From positions 1 to 36,935 of the IMG/VR virus record IMGVR_UViG_3300034053_000039: a stretch of DNA of 36,935 bases; one strand, given 5' to 3'. The notes beneath the pieces were generated by a model. The model worked only from the letters and a program-made list of their open reading frames with translations. It searched no databases and was not told the DNA's origin. The translations under genes and the position numbers were made by a program. The stretch comes from a virus. Taxonomy: Duplodnaviria; Caudoviricetes. Positions 1 through 11,000 of the stretch are shown here, piece by piece. Numbering within the stretch: position 1 is the first letter of the stretch; every line of letters begins with the position of its first letter.

Positions 1-2050
1 CGTCGGCCACCGGCGCGGCCGTCTCGGCCAGCAGCCGGGTGGTGTCCGACGTGCGCGCGTCCGACCTGGCGTGCGGGCGCAGTCCCTCGTCGGCCATGCC
101 CTCGATCGGCCGGTCGCGGAAGGTGTCCTTGTTGGCCCACACGTCCACCACCGGGCGGATGAGTTGCGGCACCGGGTCGAAGGCGAGCTGGTCGCGCAGG
201 TTGGCCCACACGCGGCCCAGCGTCTTCTTGCCGCTGTCCAGCCCCATCAGCCCGCGGCCGATGCGCTCCGGCAGGGTGGCAAACAGCACGCCCAGCTCAA
301 AGGGCTTGGGCAGCCGGAAGTGCTCGCCGCCGATCTTGAAGTGCCAGTAGGTGTCCTTGTCCCAGTCGGGCAGTGCCTCGTACCAGTCCTCCCCGCCGTT
401 GGCCAGCGCCAGCATCGCGGTGGCCATGGCCATGATGGCGCCCATCTTCATCAGCCGGGCCCGGTCGGCGCGGCCGAGCCGGTACAGGCCTTGCACCCGG
501 GCGTTGAAGAACGGCAGCACGTCGGCCAGCAGTTGGTAGGCGGCCGAACTGCCGCGCAGGCTGAAGTCCATCAGGTCTTTGGCCTCGTAGGCCGCCTCGG
601 TGACGCTCTTGCCGGCCTTGACCGCAGCCTCGTACACCGCCTCCCGGTTGGCGTTCTCGATCGACTCGCCGATCTGGCGGTAGACCTCCCAGGCGCGCGC
701 CGTCCGATCCTTGGTCGCCTGCCAGGTGCCGGCCTGCGCCGCTGCAGCCCTGAACCCGCGCGAGCGCAGCGCGCGGCGCATGTGCACCGCGGTGCCCTGT
801 GGGTCGGCTGCGTTGACGTGCCCGGACTGGAAGCTCGCGCCGGCGAACAGCATCGCCTCGTAGCCGCCGCTTTCCTGGTAGGCCCGGCGGATGCCCTTGA
901 CCGACTCCAGCGGATTGAATGGTGTCTCGGTGATGGCCTGAGCCGCCATCGAGTCGCGCACCCAGTTGCGGATCATGAACTCCGGCGTGCTTGTCACCAT
1001 TTCGGTCAACAGCCGCTTGGCGCCACGCGCGATCGCCAGGCCTGGGAAGTCGAACGGCACGAAGCTGGTCAGCGCCTTCAGCAGCATCGGGTCGTTGACC
1101 CGGTAGAACTGCGGCTTGCCGCCGACCATGATGCGCACCACGTCGGGATCGCTTGGCGCCTGGATGGCCCACATCTTGGCCATGCCTTCGAACACCTCGT
1201 CGGGCAGGCTGGCGATGATGCTCTCGGGCGTGCCCACGCGGGCCAGTTCGTCCACGATCTGCTTGCGCGGGATGATGGCCGCCTTCATGTCGTAGCCGAC
1301 CTTGCTCACGAGGTCGGTTTCGCCCAGGGCCTCGATGGTCTGCTTGATCGCGTTGTTCTTCAGGCTCGCGTCGATGAGCCGGCTGAAGTTCATCAGCAGG
1401 TTCTCCATCGGGTCGTTGAGTTCCGACTCGCCGCCCTTGAGCGTGCGGATCCCGGACGACTGCCCGGCCAGGCCCTTGCGGCCGGTCGGGCTCATGAGCG
1501 CCTTCTCGTCCATCTCGCGGTAGAACGGGATGTAGTCGGCGTGGTCCCACACCCGGCGGGTTTCCGGGTTGATCAGCCCAGCCTCTTGCGCCACGTCGAG
1601 CACGCTGCGCTTGAAGGCGGCGTACTCGAGCGCCGCGCGCCGGAAAGCAATCTCCTTGTCCGGCGTGTTGGCCAGGCCCTGCAGCGCCTTGATCTCGTCC
1701 TGGGTCAGGTTGTTCTCGCGGCCCTCGGTCAGCAGCCGGGCCGCCCGGTTGCCGACCATCCAGCCGAAGAAGTCGTTGAGGTCTTCTCCCAGCGGCTTGA
1801 GGACGTCCAGCAGGCCGCGTGTGCCGGGCACCTTCTCCAGGTGCTGCTGCGAGCCAGCCCAGCGGGCCTGGCCGTGCAGCATCAGGCCGCGCATCACCGA
1901 GCTCGTGCCGCCGTTGGCCAGGCGGGCCGTGACGTACAGGCTCTGCTCGGCCGGCAGCGCGCCCAGCTCCTGGCGCTCGGCGCGCAGGATGCCGTAGAAC
2001 TGGTCGAACACCTCCTGGCGGATGTTCTCGCCGATGGCCTGGCGGCTGCG
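1..2050 (-). other. C-terminal helical region of giant protein including an LPD38-like domain
   Basis: DYIPFYR, NWVRD, DLMDFSLRG, LPFFNARVQG and YEALPDWDKDTYWHFKIGGEHFRLPKPFELG. Confidence 0.78.
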
Positions 2051-5000
2051 CACCGACTCCATGGCCCGGCCGTAGAAGGCGCGCACCTTGTCGCCCAGCG
2101 TGCGCGGCCCGCGCAGGCCTGCCTTGCGCTTGGCCGATTCCAGCACCGGGTCGACGGGCCCCTGGCTCAGCAGGATGTTGTCGCTGCCCAGGTCGTAGGT
2201 GCCGCGGTTGCCGATGGCGCTCTTGACCTGGTTGGCCTGGTAGACGCCCAGGTTCTTGAATCCGTCCTCGCTGACGTAGAAGCCGTCGTGGCCGAGCGCC
2301 TTGATGGCGTCCTGCATCTTCGGGTCCTCGATCAGCGCCCACTGGCCCTGGGTCAAGGCGAACCGCAGCACGTCGCGCGAGTACAGCGTGCGCTCGCCGC
2401 CGCTCATCAGCGCCTGCTCGCCGTCGCCTTGGGTGTAGGTCGGGATCGTCTCGAATGCCTTGTCCACCAGGGCATCGACGTGGGCCGGGTTCTCGTAATC
2501 GAACGGGTTGAGCGCGCGCACGTACAGCGGCATGACCCTGGCCGCCCCATCCTGCCCGCGGTCCTGCAGCCACTTGGCCGAGGTGTCGGAGTAGGCGTGC
2601 GAAACGATCGGCTCGTCGGTCAGGAAGATCGCGCCGGCCTGCTTGCCGCGGAACTCGTAGATGTCGGCGCCGGTACCGTGGTACATCACGCGCGGCTTGC
2701 CGTCCGGGTAGGTGATCTGGCTGTCGCCGAACCACTGTCGGAATGCCTGCTCCTTGGTGTCGATGGCCTGGCTGAACAGCGGCAGGCCGCCGCCGGCGCG
2801 CTGGCGCATGGCTGGCGTCACGTCGAAGCCGGGCTGCTGCACGCCTTCAGGGAATGCCTTGGTCGGCTTGACCAAGGGGATCTGTGTGATCTGCCCGCCG
2901 CCCACCTTGCGCAGCACGTCCTTGGCCACGGCCGGGACGATCTTGTCGTAGAAGGCCTTCATGCCTTCGCCGCCGACCTTGAGGCCCAGGCCCTTGAACT
3001 CGCGTTGACCCGTCTCCAGCGCCCGCTGCGCCAGTTCTTTGCCTATCACGTCTGGCAGCTTGTCCTTGGTCGTGCTTGTGATGTGCTCGAAGCCCTGGCC
3101 CGGTTTGGCGGCGCTGACCTCGATCGACTGATCCCAGTCGCCGTCAAGGCGCAGCGCATCCACCTGCTTGCTCAGGTCGTACCGCTCCGCGCTCTGCTCC
3201 CCGTTGACGAACGCCACCCGGTCGTACCCCTCGCGCGCCGCGATGCTGATCACGCGCTTGATGGCCAGGGCAACCCAGGCGTCGGTCTTGCCGATGAACG
3301 GCGCACGCGGAGTCCCCTCCTTGCGCATGTCGAGCCAGTCGAAGGATGGGAGCCCCAGTTTCGCTCCAGCCTGCTTGGCCTCTTGCTCGGTGGCGAACTC
3401 CCCTAGATTGCCGGCGGCCTGCCGGGCGTCGATCAGGTGCCAGGGCTTTGCCGGGTCGTAGCTCCCATCCTTCTTTGCCTTCTGCCCCCAGTCAGACTGG
3501 ATCTCCTCGACGAACAGCACGCACCGGCCGTCAGCGTCGGTGCGGTCGTTGAGCCTGATGTGCGCCAGCACGTTCGGCTGGTCCCAGTGGCCGCTGCGGT
3601 ACGGACCACCGTCGCGCGTGAGGCGATCGAACTCCATCATGGAGTGGTGCAGGCGCGGCTGCGCGGATTGGCGCCGATCAAGTTCAGCTTGCGCTTCTTC
3701 GCGGGTAGCAAAGTCGGCCACGTCAGGCAGTTCAGCCACCGCACCGCCGGCCGCCGACACGCGATAGACCTTGGGCGTCGCCACGGGCAGCGTCAGCAGC
3801 ACCTCCCTGTAGTTGGTGCCGCCTGGCAGGGTGTATTGGGCGTACTTCGGGGTCTGACGGTCGCCTTCGCTGTACTGGCCGACTTCATCAGCGTACCGCG
3901 CCGCCGCATCCGCCTGCTCCTGAGCAGACAGATCACCGAACGGCGTTTCCTCGTTGGCGCCGCCTTCGTCGCCCCACCACGCCTCGACTTCGCTGTAGTC
4001 GGGAGAGCCCAGCACCGTCTCCGTCACCTTGACCCCGTTGTCGGCCAGGAACAGCGCGATCTGGTCGCGCGTCACACGGCCCTGCTGCAGCGCCAGGAAG
4101 TCGCGCAGCCCGGTCCACTCGATCTCGTCGGCCTTCACCGCGCCGCGCTTGACCATGGCGTCCAGGTACTGGCCCCAGGCGGCGGCATCGCCGGCCTTCA
4201 TCGGGGCCTTGCTCACCTCGGCCAGCAGCGCGCTGGTCCAGATCGGCGCCTCGGCCGCGCGCTTGGGCTGCTGCATCGTCACCGGCAACCCGGTCATCAC
4301 GTGCGCCGGCCCGCCGGTGCGCTTCACCGCGCGCCGGGCGTTCATCAGCAGCGCGTGCGTCTCGGCCTCGGTCATGCGCTCGAGCTTGTCGGCGACCCAG
4401 TCCAGGCCCATGCGGCGCAGCACCTGCTGCAGCTTGGCCATAAGCGACTTCCAGCCGCTGGGCGGCGGGGCGTCGCCGGCCCGGTCGGCCAGGGCTTCCT
4501 CGACGGCCAGCAGGCGCACCTCAGCCTCGGCCGCCTCGCGGGTCATGCCGTTCTTCACCCGGGCCGCGATCTGGCCGCGGGCGTAGTTTGCGTACCAGGC
4601 ATTGGCCTCGGCCGCCAGCGTCGGGTTGGCCATGCGCAGCAGCTGCATCTGCGCCGCGTACTCGTCGCCCAGGAAGGCCCGCATGCCGATGTGGCCGTAG
4701 ACCTCGTGGAACAAGATGCCCTGCGCCTCGTCCAGCGAGGCCAGCTTGTCGGCCACCAGGTAGACCCGGCCGTCGGGCATCACCAAGCCGCGCGTGCTGT
4801 CGATCGCGCCCATGCTCTGCAGCGATGCGCGGATGCCGGCCGGCAACTGCCACACGCTGGGCACCACGAAGGTGTCGACGCCGGCCCAGTCGGCCGCCAC
4901 CCGGGCGACCATCTGGCTCAGTTCGTTCACCGGCACGCCATGACCGGCCGCGCCCTGCTTGAGCTTGGGCGCGTCGGTCTTGGCCAGGCCGACCACGGGC

Positions 5001-8000
5001 CGGCTCTTGGTGATGGCAGCCAGCGCCTCTGGCTTGTTCACCGGCATGAAGTAGCGCGTGTTCCAACTGATGCGTTCCTCGATCACGCCTGCGTCGAGCA
5101 GTTCGCGGCGCAGCGCCGGGCCGACGTTCGACGGCAGGCCCTTGATCTCCACGCGCAGGTCGTCGGACACGCGGGCGCGCTCGAGCTTCCAGCCGTTGGC
5201 CAGTTCGGCCGTCTCGCCCTTGAGCACCCGGGCCAGCACTTCGGCCGGCGGCAGCTTGCTCTCCGGGGCGGCGATGTTCAGGCGCTTGCGCAGTTCGGCC
5301 ACGTCGCTCTCGTGGATCACGCGGCCCAGCAGCCGGCGGCCGTCGTTGGTCTGCGTGCGCGCTACCTGCATCGTGCCCTCGGTCTTGAGCCGGTCCCAGA
5401 TCGGCAGCATGGCGCCGACGATCATGTGCGTCTTGGTGGTGTAGGTCGGTGGCTTCTTGGCGTTCTCCTGGTCCCACTTCAGGCGGGCCTGGTCCTCGGT
5501 GATCGTCTTCCAGGCTTCCTTGTTCCTGAAGTCCTCTTCGGTGCGGAAGGCCATGCCGCCGGTGCCCAGCATGCGGTAGCGCTCGACCACCGCGCCGTTC
5601 TTCAGCGTCTGGTTGCCGCTGCGCACGCGGCCCCACACCCGGCCGCTCTGCGCGTTGACGATCCACTCGATCTTGGCGCCCTGCGACTTGGCCTCGGGGA
5701 ACAAGTGAATGCGCGTCGGGTGCGTGAGCTCGAGCTCGACGTAGGCGGTTTGCGCGCCGGTGCGCTCCTCGGTGAAGACGATTTCCTCGTGCGTGACCTT
5801 GGACTCCAGCGCCCGGATGGTCTGCATGCCGGTGTCGAGCTCTCCGCGCTCGGCGGCCTGCTCGATGATTTCCTCCATGCGGCTGATGAAGCCGTTGAAC
5901 ACCAGTTCCTGGGTTTCGAGCTTGAGCGACAGCAGCCGGTTGAGGAACTGCCGCACCTCGGGGATCTTCGCCTCGGTGATCTGGCGGGTGTCCTTGTTCA
6001 CCATGTCCTTCAGGCCGAGCTGCTGCAGCAGGTCGTTGAAGTCCAAGCCCTCGATCTGGCCGGCTTTGGCGTCGAACAGGAAGGCCCGCACCGCGCGCTC
6101 GGCGTACTTCGACTCGAGGTTGTCCTTCTCGCTGAACAGGCCGCCGCTGCTGGTGTCGCGCTGGCCCTTGGTCAGGGCGCCGAGCTGATCCAGCCGGCGC
6201 GCGATCGACGACAGAAAGCGCTTGTGCGCCGGGATGTTGGTGGCCACCAGCTTGTAATGCGGCGCCGATGCCTGATTGGTGCGGTGCGTGCGGCCCAGGC
6301 CCTGCACCGCCTTGTTCGCGCGCCAGCCTGGCTGCACCAAGTAGTGCTGCCGCTTGCGCTGGTTGGCCTTGGTCAGGTCGGCCTGGAAGCTGAAGCCGGT
6401 GCCGCCGGCATCGCTGAAGATCAGCACGCGCTTCTTGTCGGCCATGAAGGCGTCGGCATCCGCCCGCGCCGCCGCGCCACCGCGCTTGTCGATGAAGGCC
6501 TTGGGCTCGTCGCCCTTGTGGTGCTTGTTCCAGCGCCCGGCCACCACGCGCTGCTTGCGGCCCGTCACCTCGGCCACGATCTCGGGCCCGAAGTGGTTGA
6601 TCAGGATCTCCAGCGGGCCGTCCGGCACGCTGATCTGCTGCAAGTCCTCGATCAGCTTGTCGCGCATGGCCACCGCGGCCTTGTTCAGCACCGGGTCGCC
6701 CTTGGAGTCGAGCACCGGCACGGTCTTGCGGTTGCCTTCCTCGTCGACCACGTCCTGGTACTGCTGCACCGGAAACGACTTGCGCACCATGTCGATGAGC
6801 TGGTCGCGCGGGGTCAGGTCCAGGTCTTCGAGGTCGGTTTCCTCGCCGTCTTTCTGGCGCTTGGCCGTTGCGCGCTCCTGCTGCGCCTCGTTGGTGTTGA
6901 CCAGTTGCAGCACCACCGCGTCGCCGCGGGCAATGTCGGCCTCGACCGCTTCGATCACCGAAGGCATCTGCATGCTGGTGATGATCTGGTTGAAGAAGCG
7001 CTGCTGCGCTCCCCAGAAGGCCGACATGGCGTTCGACTTGGCCTTGCTGTTCTTGGTCTTGCCGGACTCGCCGGTCGCACCGATGGCCTTGAGCGCCTCC
7101 TCGATGTTGTTGAGCACCACCTGCCAGGCATCGGTCAGCCGGTTGTAGATGTCGTGCTGCAGCGGGTTGAGCTCGTGGTCGATGCGCGAGTAGTTCACGC
7201 CGTCGTAACTCAGGCTGCGCGCCATGTAGGCGCCGGTCTGCTTGAGGTCGCGCGCCACCAGCTCCATCGTGGCCAGGCCGCCGGCCGTCATCTGGCTGAT
7301 GAACTCGCTGACGCTGGCGAACGGCGTGCTCGGGCCCCAGATCCCCAGCCGGTTGGCGAAGGACAGGTTACTCACCTCGGTGGCGCCGGTGGCCGAGACG
7401 TAGACCACCCGGGCGCCCGGCAGGCGCCGCTGCAGATCGACCACAGCCAGGGCCTGGTCCGATGGCTCGCTGGCGCCGCGCGAGCCCTTGATGGGCACCG
7501 CGTTGCCGGCGTTGTGCGCCTCGTCGAAGGCGATCACGCCGTCGAAGTCGGGGCCCAGCCATTCAACGATCTGGTCGACGCGGGTCTTGGGCTTGGCCGC
7601 TGCCGCGACGGCAGCCTGCCAGCCCCTGTTGCCGCCGATCGACGCGATGACGGCGAAGTTGAACGACGATGCGCCGCCACCGATCTCGACCTTGGCGGTG
7701 CGACCGTTCGCGTTGATCGACGCCAGCGTGCCCGTGCGCCCGTCAGCAAGAACGACAGGGTCGCCCTTGTTGAATCCGCCCGGCAGCCCGTTCTTGGCCT
7801 CGCTGCGCAACGTGGCGTAGGTGGTGAACAGGATCCCTTCGGCCTGGCTCACCGACCCAGCGGCCTTGGTGTCGCCCAGGTTGAAGATGCCCTTGGACTT
7901 GAGCACGCTCTCGGCCGTGACCCCCTCCTGGATGCCGGCAAAGTCGCGCGCCGCGTCGTTCATCAGGCCCTGCTTCTCGCTGACCCAGACGTGCTTCTTG

Positions 8001-11000
8001 CGGCCCTGGCGGATGTTGTCCAGCAGGATTGCGCTGATCTCGCGGCCCTTGCCGACCCCGGTACCGTCGCCGATGAAGAACCCGCGTCGGTAGGGCGTGC
8101 CGGCCTTCAGCCCGAAGTCGCGCGCTTCGGTGTCGCCGACCTTGGTTTCCAGCAGCTGCTGGTGCGACTGCCCGGCATAAACCACGGCCTCGATCTGCGC
8201 GATCGACACCAGACCCTTCTGGATCGTTTCCGCGGGCAGGTTGGGCGTGTAGGTCGGCACCGGCGGCAGCACCGATGCCATGGCGGCCGACTGCACCAGC
8301 GGGCCCGGATGCGCCTTGGCACCTGGCACCTGCAGGCGCTGCGGCTGGTAGCCCTCAAAGACCGAATCGGTCAGCTCGCCGGCCGCGACCGTGCTCGAGC
8401 CAACGGTTACGCCGGACTGGTCCCCGGCGGGATCAGGTCGACCACCCACCGCAGCATCATTTCGCCCGCTTCCGTTCGCGTCTTGGCCCGCAGCAACCCC
8501 GCCGGGCTGATCGCCTCCTGCATCCCCTCTGGATCGTTTGCCTCGGCCAGGCCTGTTGCTTGGCTGACCGCCTCGGCCCAGTGGTGATCCGCCGCCAGGT
8601 TCTCCAGCGCCCAATCCAGCAGCAGCGCCAGGTTCAGCCTGCCCTGCGTCGGGGCGAACTCCGTCCCCTTCAGCAGCATCCCGGCCAGTTCCCCCGCGGG
8701 GGTCTGGTTCAGCGCTGTGATCCGTGACTGGAAGCTCATGTTCGGGTCGGCCATTGCGCACCTCTGCAAGCAGGTGGACGAGTTCAGTGTATTCCGTCGC
8801 CTTGGTGGTGACGGGCTTTTTTCCGCTGGGCGCGACCTTGTCGATGACCAGGATCACGTTGTCGAACGTGGTGCCGTACTTGGCATAGCCCGAGCCGTCC
8901 ATGGGCACGGCCGCGCGCACGTCGTACTTCGCGCCGATCTTCTTCCACCAGTCGCGGAAGGCCGGCTTGTCCATGCCCATGCCTTCGCCGACGATGGCCA
9001 CCAGCCGGCCGCCCGCGGGCAGCCGCAGCAGCGCCTGCTCGACGTGGCGCGCGCCGACCATGGTGTCCTTGACGCCACCGAGCGAGTTGCTGAACGGCGG
9101 ATTCATCACCACCACCGTCGGCCGCACGTCGTCGGGCAGGATGTTGTGCAGGTGCTCCGCGTCCTCGTGGAACACACGCGCATCCGGCAGCACCTGCTGC
9201 AGCAGCGCAGCGCGGCGGGCCGAGAACTCGTTGAGCACCACCTTGGCGCCGGCCAGCCGCGAGAACACGGCCAGCCCGCCAAGGCCGGCAGACGGCTCCA
9301 GCATCACGTCGGTCGGCCGCACGCCGGCCACCCAGTTGGCCACAAAAGCCAGCGGCGGGACCGTGCTGAACTGCTGCATCTGGTCCTGCTCGGCCGTGCG
9401 CTTGGTCTGCGTCGGCACCTTCTCGAGCAGACGGGTCAGCGCCGCCACCGTGCGCTGCGCGTCGTCCTCGGCCACGGCCGGGCTGAACAGCGCAGGCGAG
9501 CGCAGGATGCGCAGGTTGATGGCCGCTTCGAGCGCGTCGTAGGCATCCTTGGGCGTGTACTTGCCCTCGGCCTGCGTGCCGCCGAAGTGGCGATCGGCCA
9601 TGTTGAACAGGGTGCGCCACTCCATCGGCGTGGCCACGTGCATCAGGTGGCGCTCGATGTCGCGCGCCAGGGCCATCGACGGTGAGCCGGCCGGCGCGTC
9701 GGCTTGCTGCTGCTCGAGGTTGTTGCCCAGCGCCTCGTCCTTGGCGAACTGCATGGCGTAGGGCTTGATGCCGTCGCCCAGTTGCTGGATCAGCAGCTTG
9801 AACAGATCCTTGAGGGTCTTGCCCGCCTCCTGGAAGGCCTTGAGCGCCGCCTTGAAGTGCGGCTTGGCCTCGTTGTAGGCCTCCTCGTCGAATCCGGCCG
9901 GGAACGAGTTGAGCCGGCCCGCCTTGCTGCCGAACAGCTTGGCCAGGCCGGTCAGAGCCTGGTCGGCACCCTTCACGCCGAGCTTGGCAGCCTCGGCGAT
10001 CAGGTCGCGGGCGGTGGGGTCGGCATCCTCCCGAGAAGTCGCCTGGGAATTCTTGGTGGCGACTGGCGTCTCTTGGTTTGCCGGCGCATCGGCCGCGCGC
10101 CGGTTCGCCAGCGCCGCATCTGTGGCCGCCTGCAGGTCGTATGCCGCCGCCGGCACCGCGCCGCCCGAGAACTGCACCGTGGTGTAGGCCTTGCCGCTGG
10201 GCGTGCGGTCCATCGCGCCGCCACCCTCCCAGCTTGCCGTCCAGCCGTCGCCCACGGTCTTGAACACACCGAAGCCGACCATGTCGGTCTGCCCGGCGCG
10301 GCCGAACTCGTGGATGGTCGGGATACCGTGGCCAGCCTCGGACAGCAGCACCGGCGTGCCCTTGGCCAGCAGCCGGTGGATCTCGGCCCAGTCCTCGGCC
10401 GTCCAGCGGTCGCGGTCCTCGGCTGGCGCGCCTGGCGGCGGCACGTCGGGCTGCTCCTGCGCTTCTTCGCGCAGCTCGGCCGCGGCCTGGTCGAACAGGT
10501 CCGACAGCTCCTGGTCCGACAGCGGGCCCTGCGCGCTCGACGGCGGCGGGGCATCGACCACCGGAGGCGGCTGCAGATCCTTCAGCTTCTGCTCGGCCAG
10601 CTCGTCCAGGCGCCGCTGCTCGGCCGCCGCGGCATCGGCCTTGGCTTGCGCGTCAGCAGCGGCCTTGTCGGCCGTCTCGGCCAGCACCTGGTCGTAGTAG
10701 GCCTGCATGACGTCGCGCTTGGACAGTTCCTCCATCCGCCGCGCGCCGGCCTTGAACTCGTCGGGCAGCGCCGCCTCGAAGGCGGCCAGGCCCACAGTCG
10801 GGCGGCCGTTCTCCCACGTCGTCGCCTTGGCCAGCGCCGCCAGCGCCTGGTTGAACTGCTTGCGCTCCTGCCCGGTGGGGTACGGGGTGCCGCGGTAGCC
10901 GGCGGCCTGCGTGACCTTGCCGTCAGCCACCCAGGCGTTCACCAGGTAGGTGCTGGCGTGCGGCAGCGTGTCGAAGGCCCAGGACTCGGCCGCGCGCGCG

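Noticed and set aside
297-2735. 812-aa minus-strand ORF and similar Arg/Pro/Gly-rich alternative-frame ORFs (4521-5666, 8784-9620, 10923-11708, 32090-33337)
   Set aside because: Off-frame products of high-GC coding DNA. Codon bias and motifs stay in the main frame.
10000-10554. Possible further nested gene in the linker before the MTase
   Set aside because: The alternative frame is Arg/Pro-rich without a convincing SD or sustained codon-bias switch.
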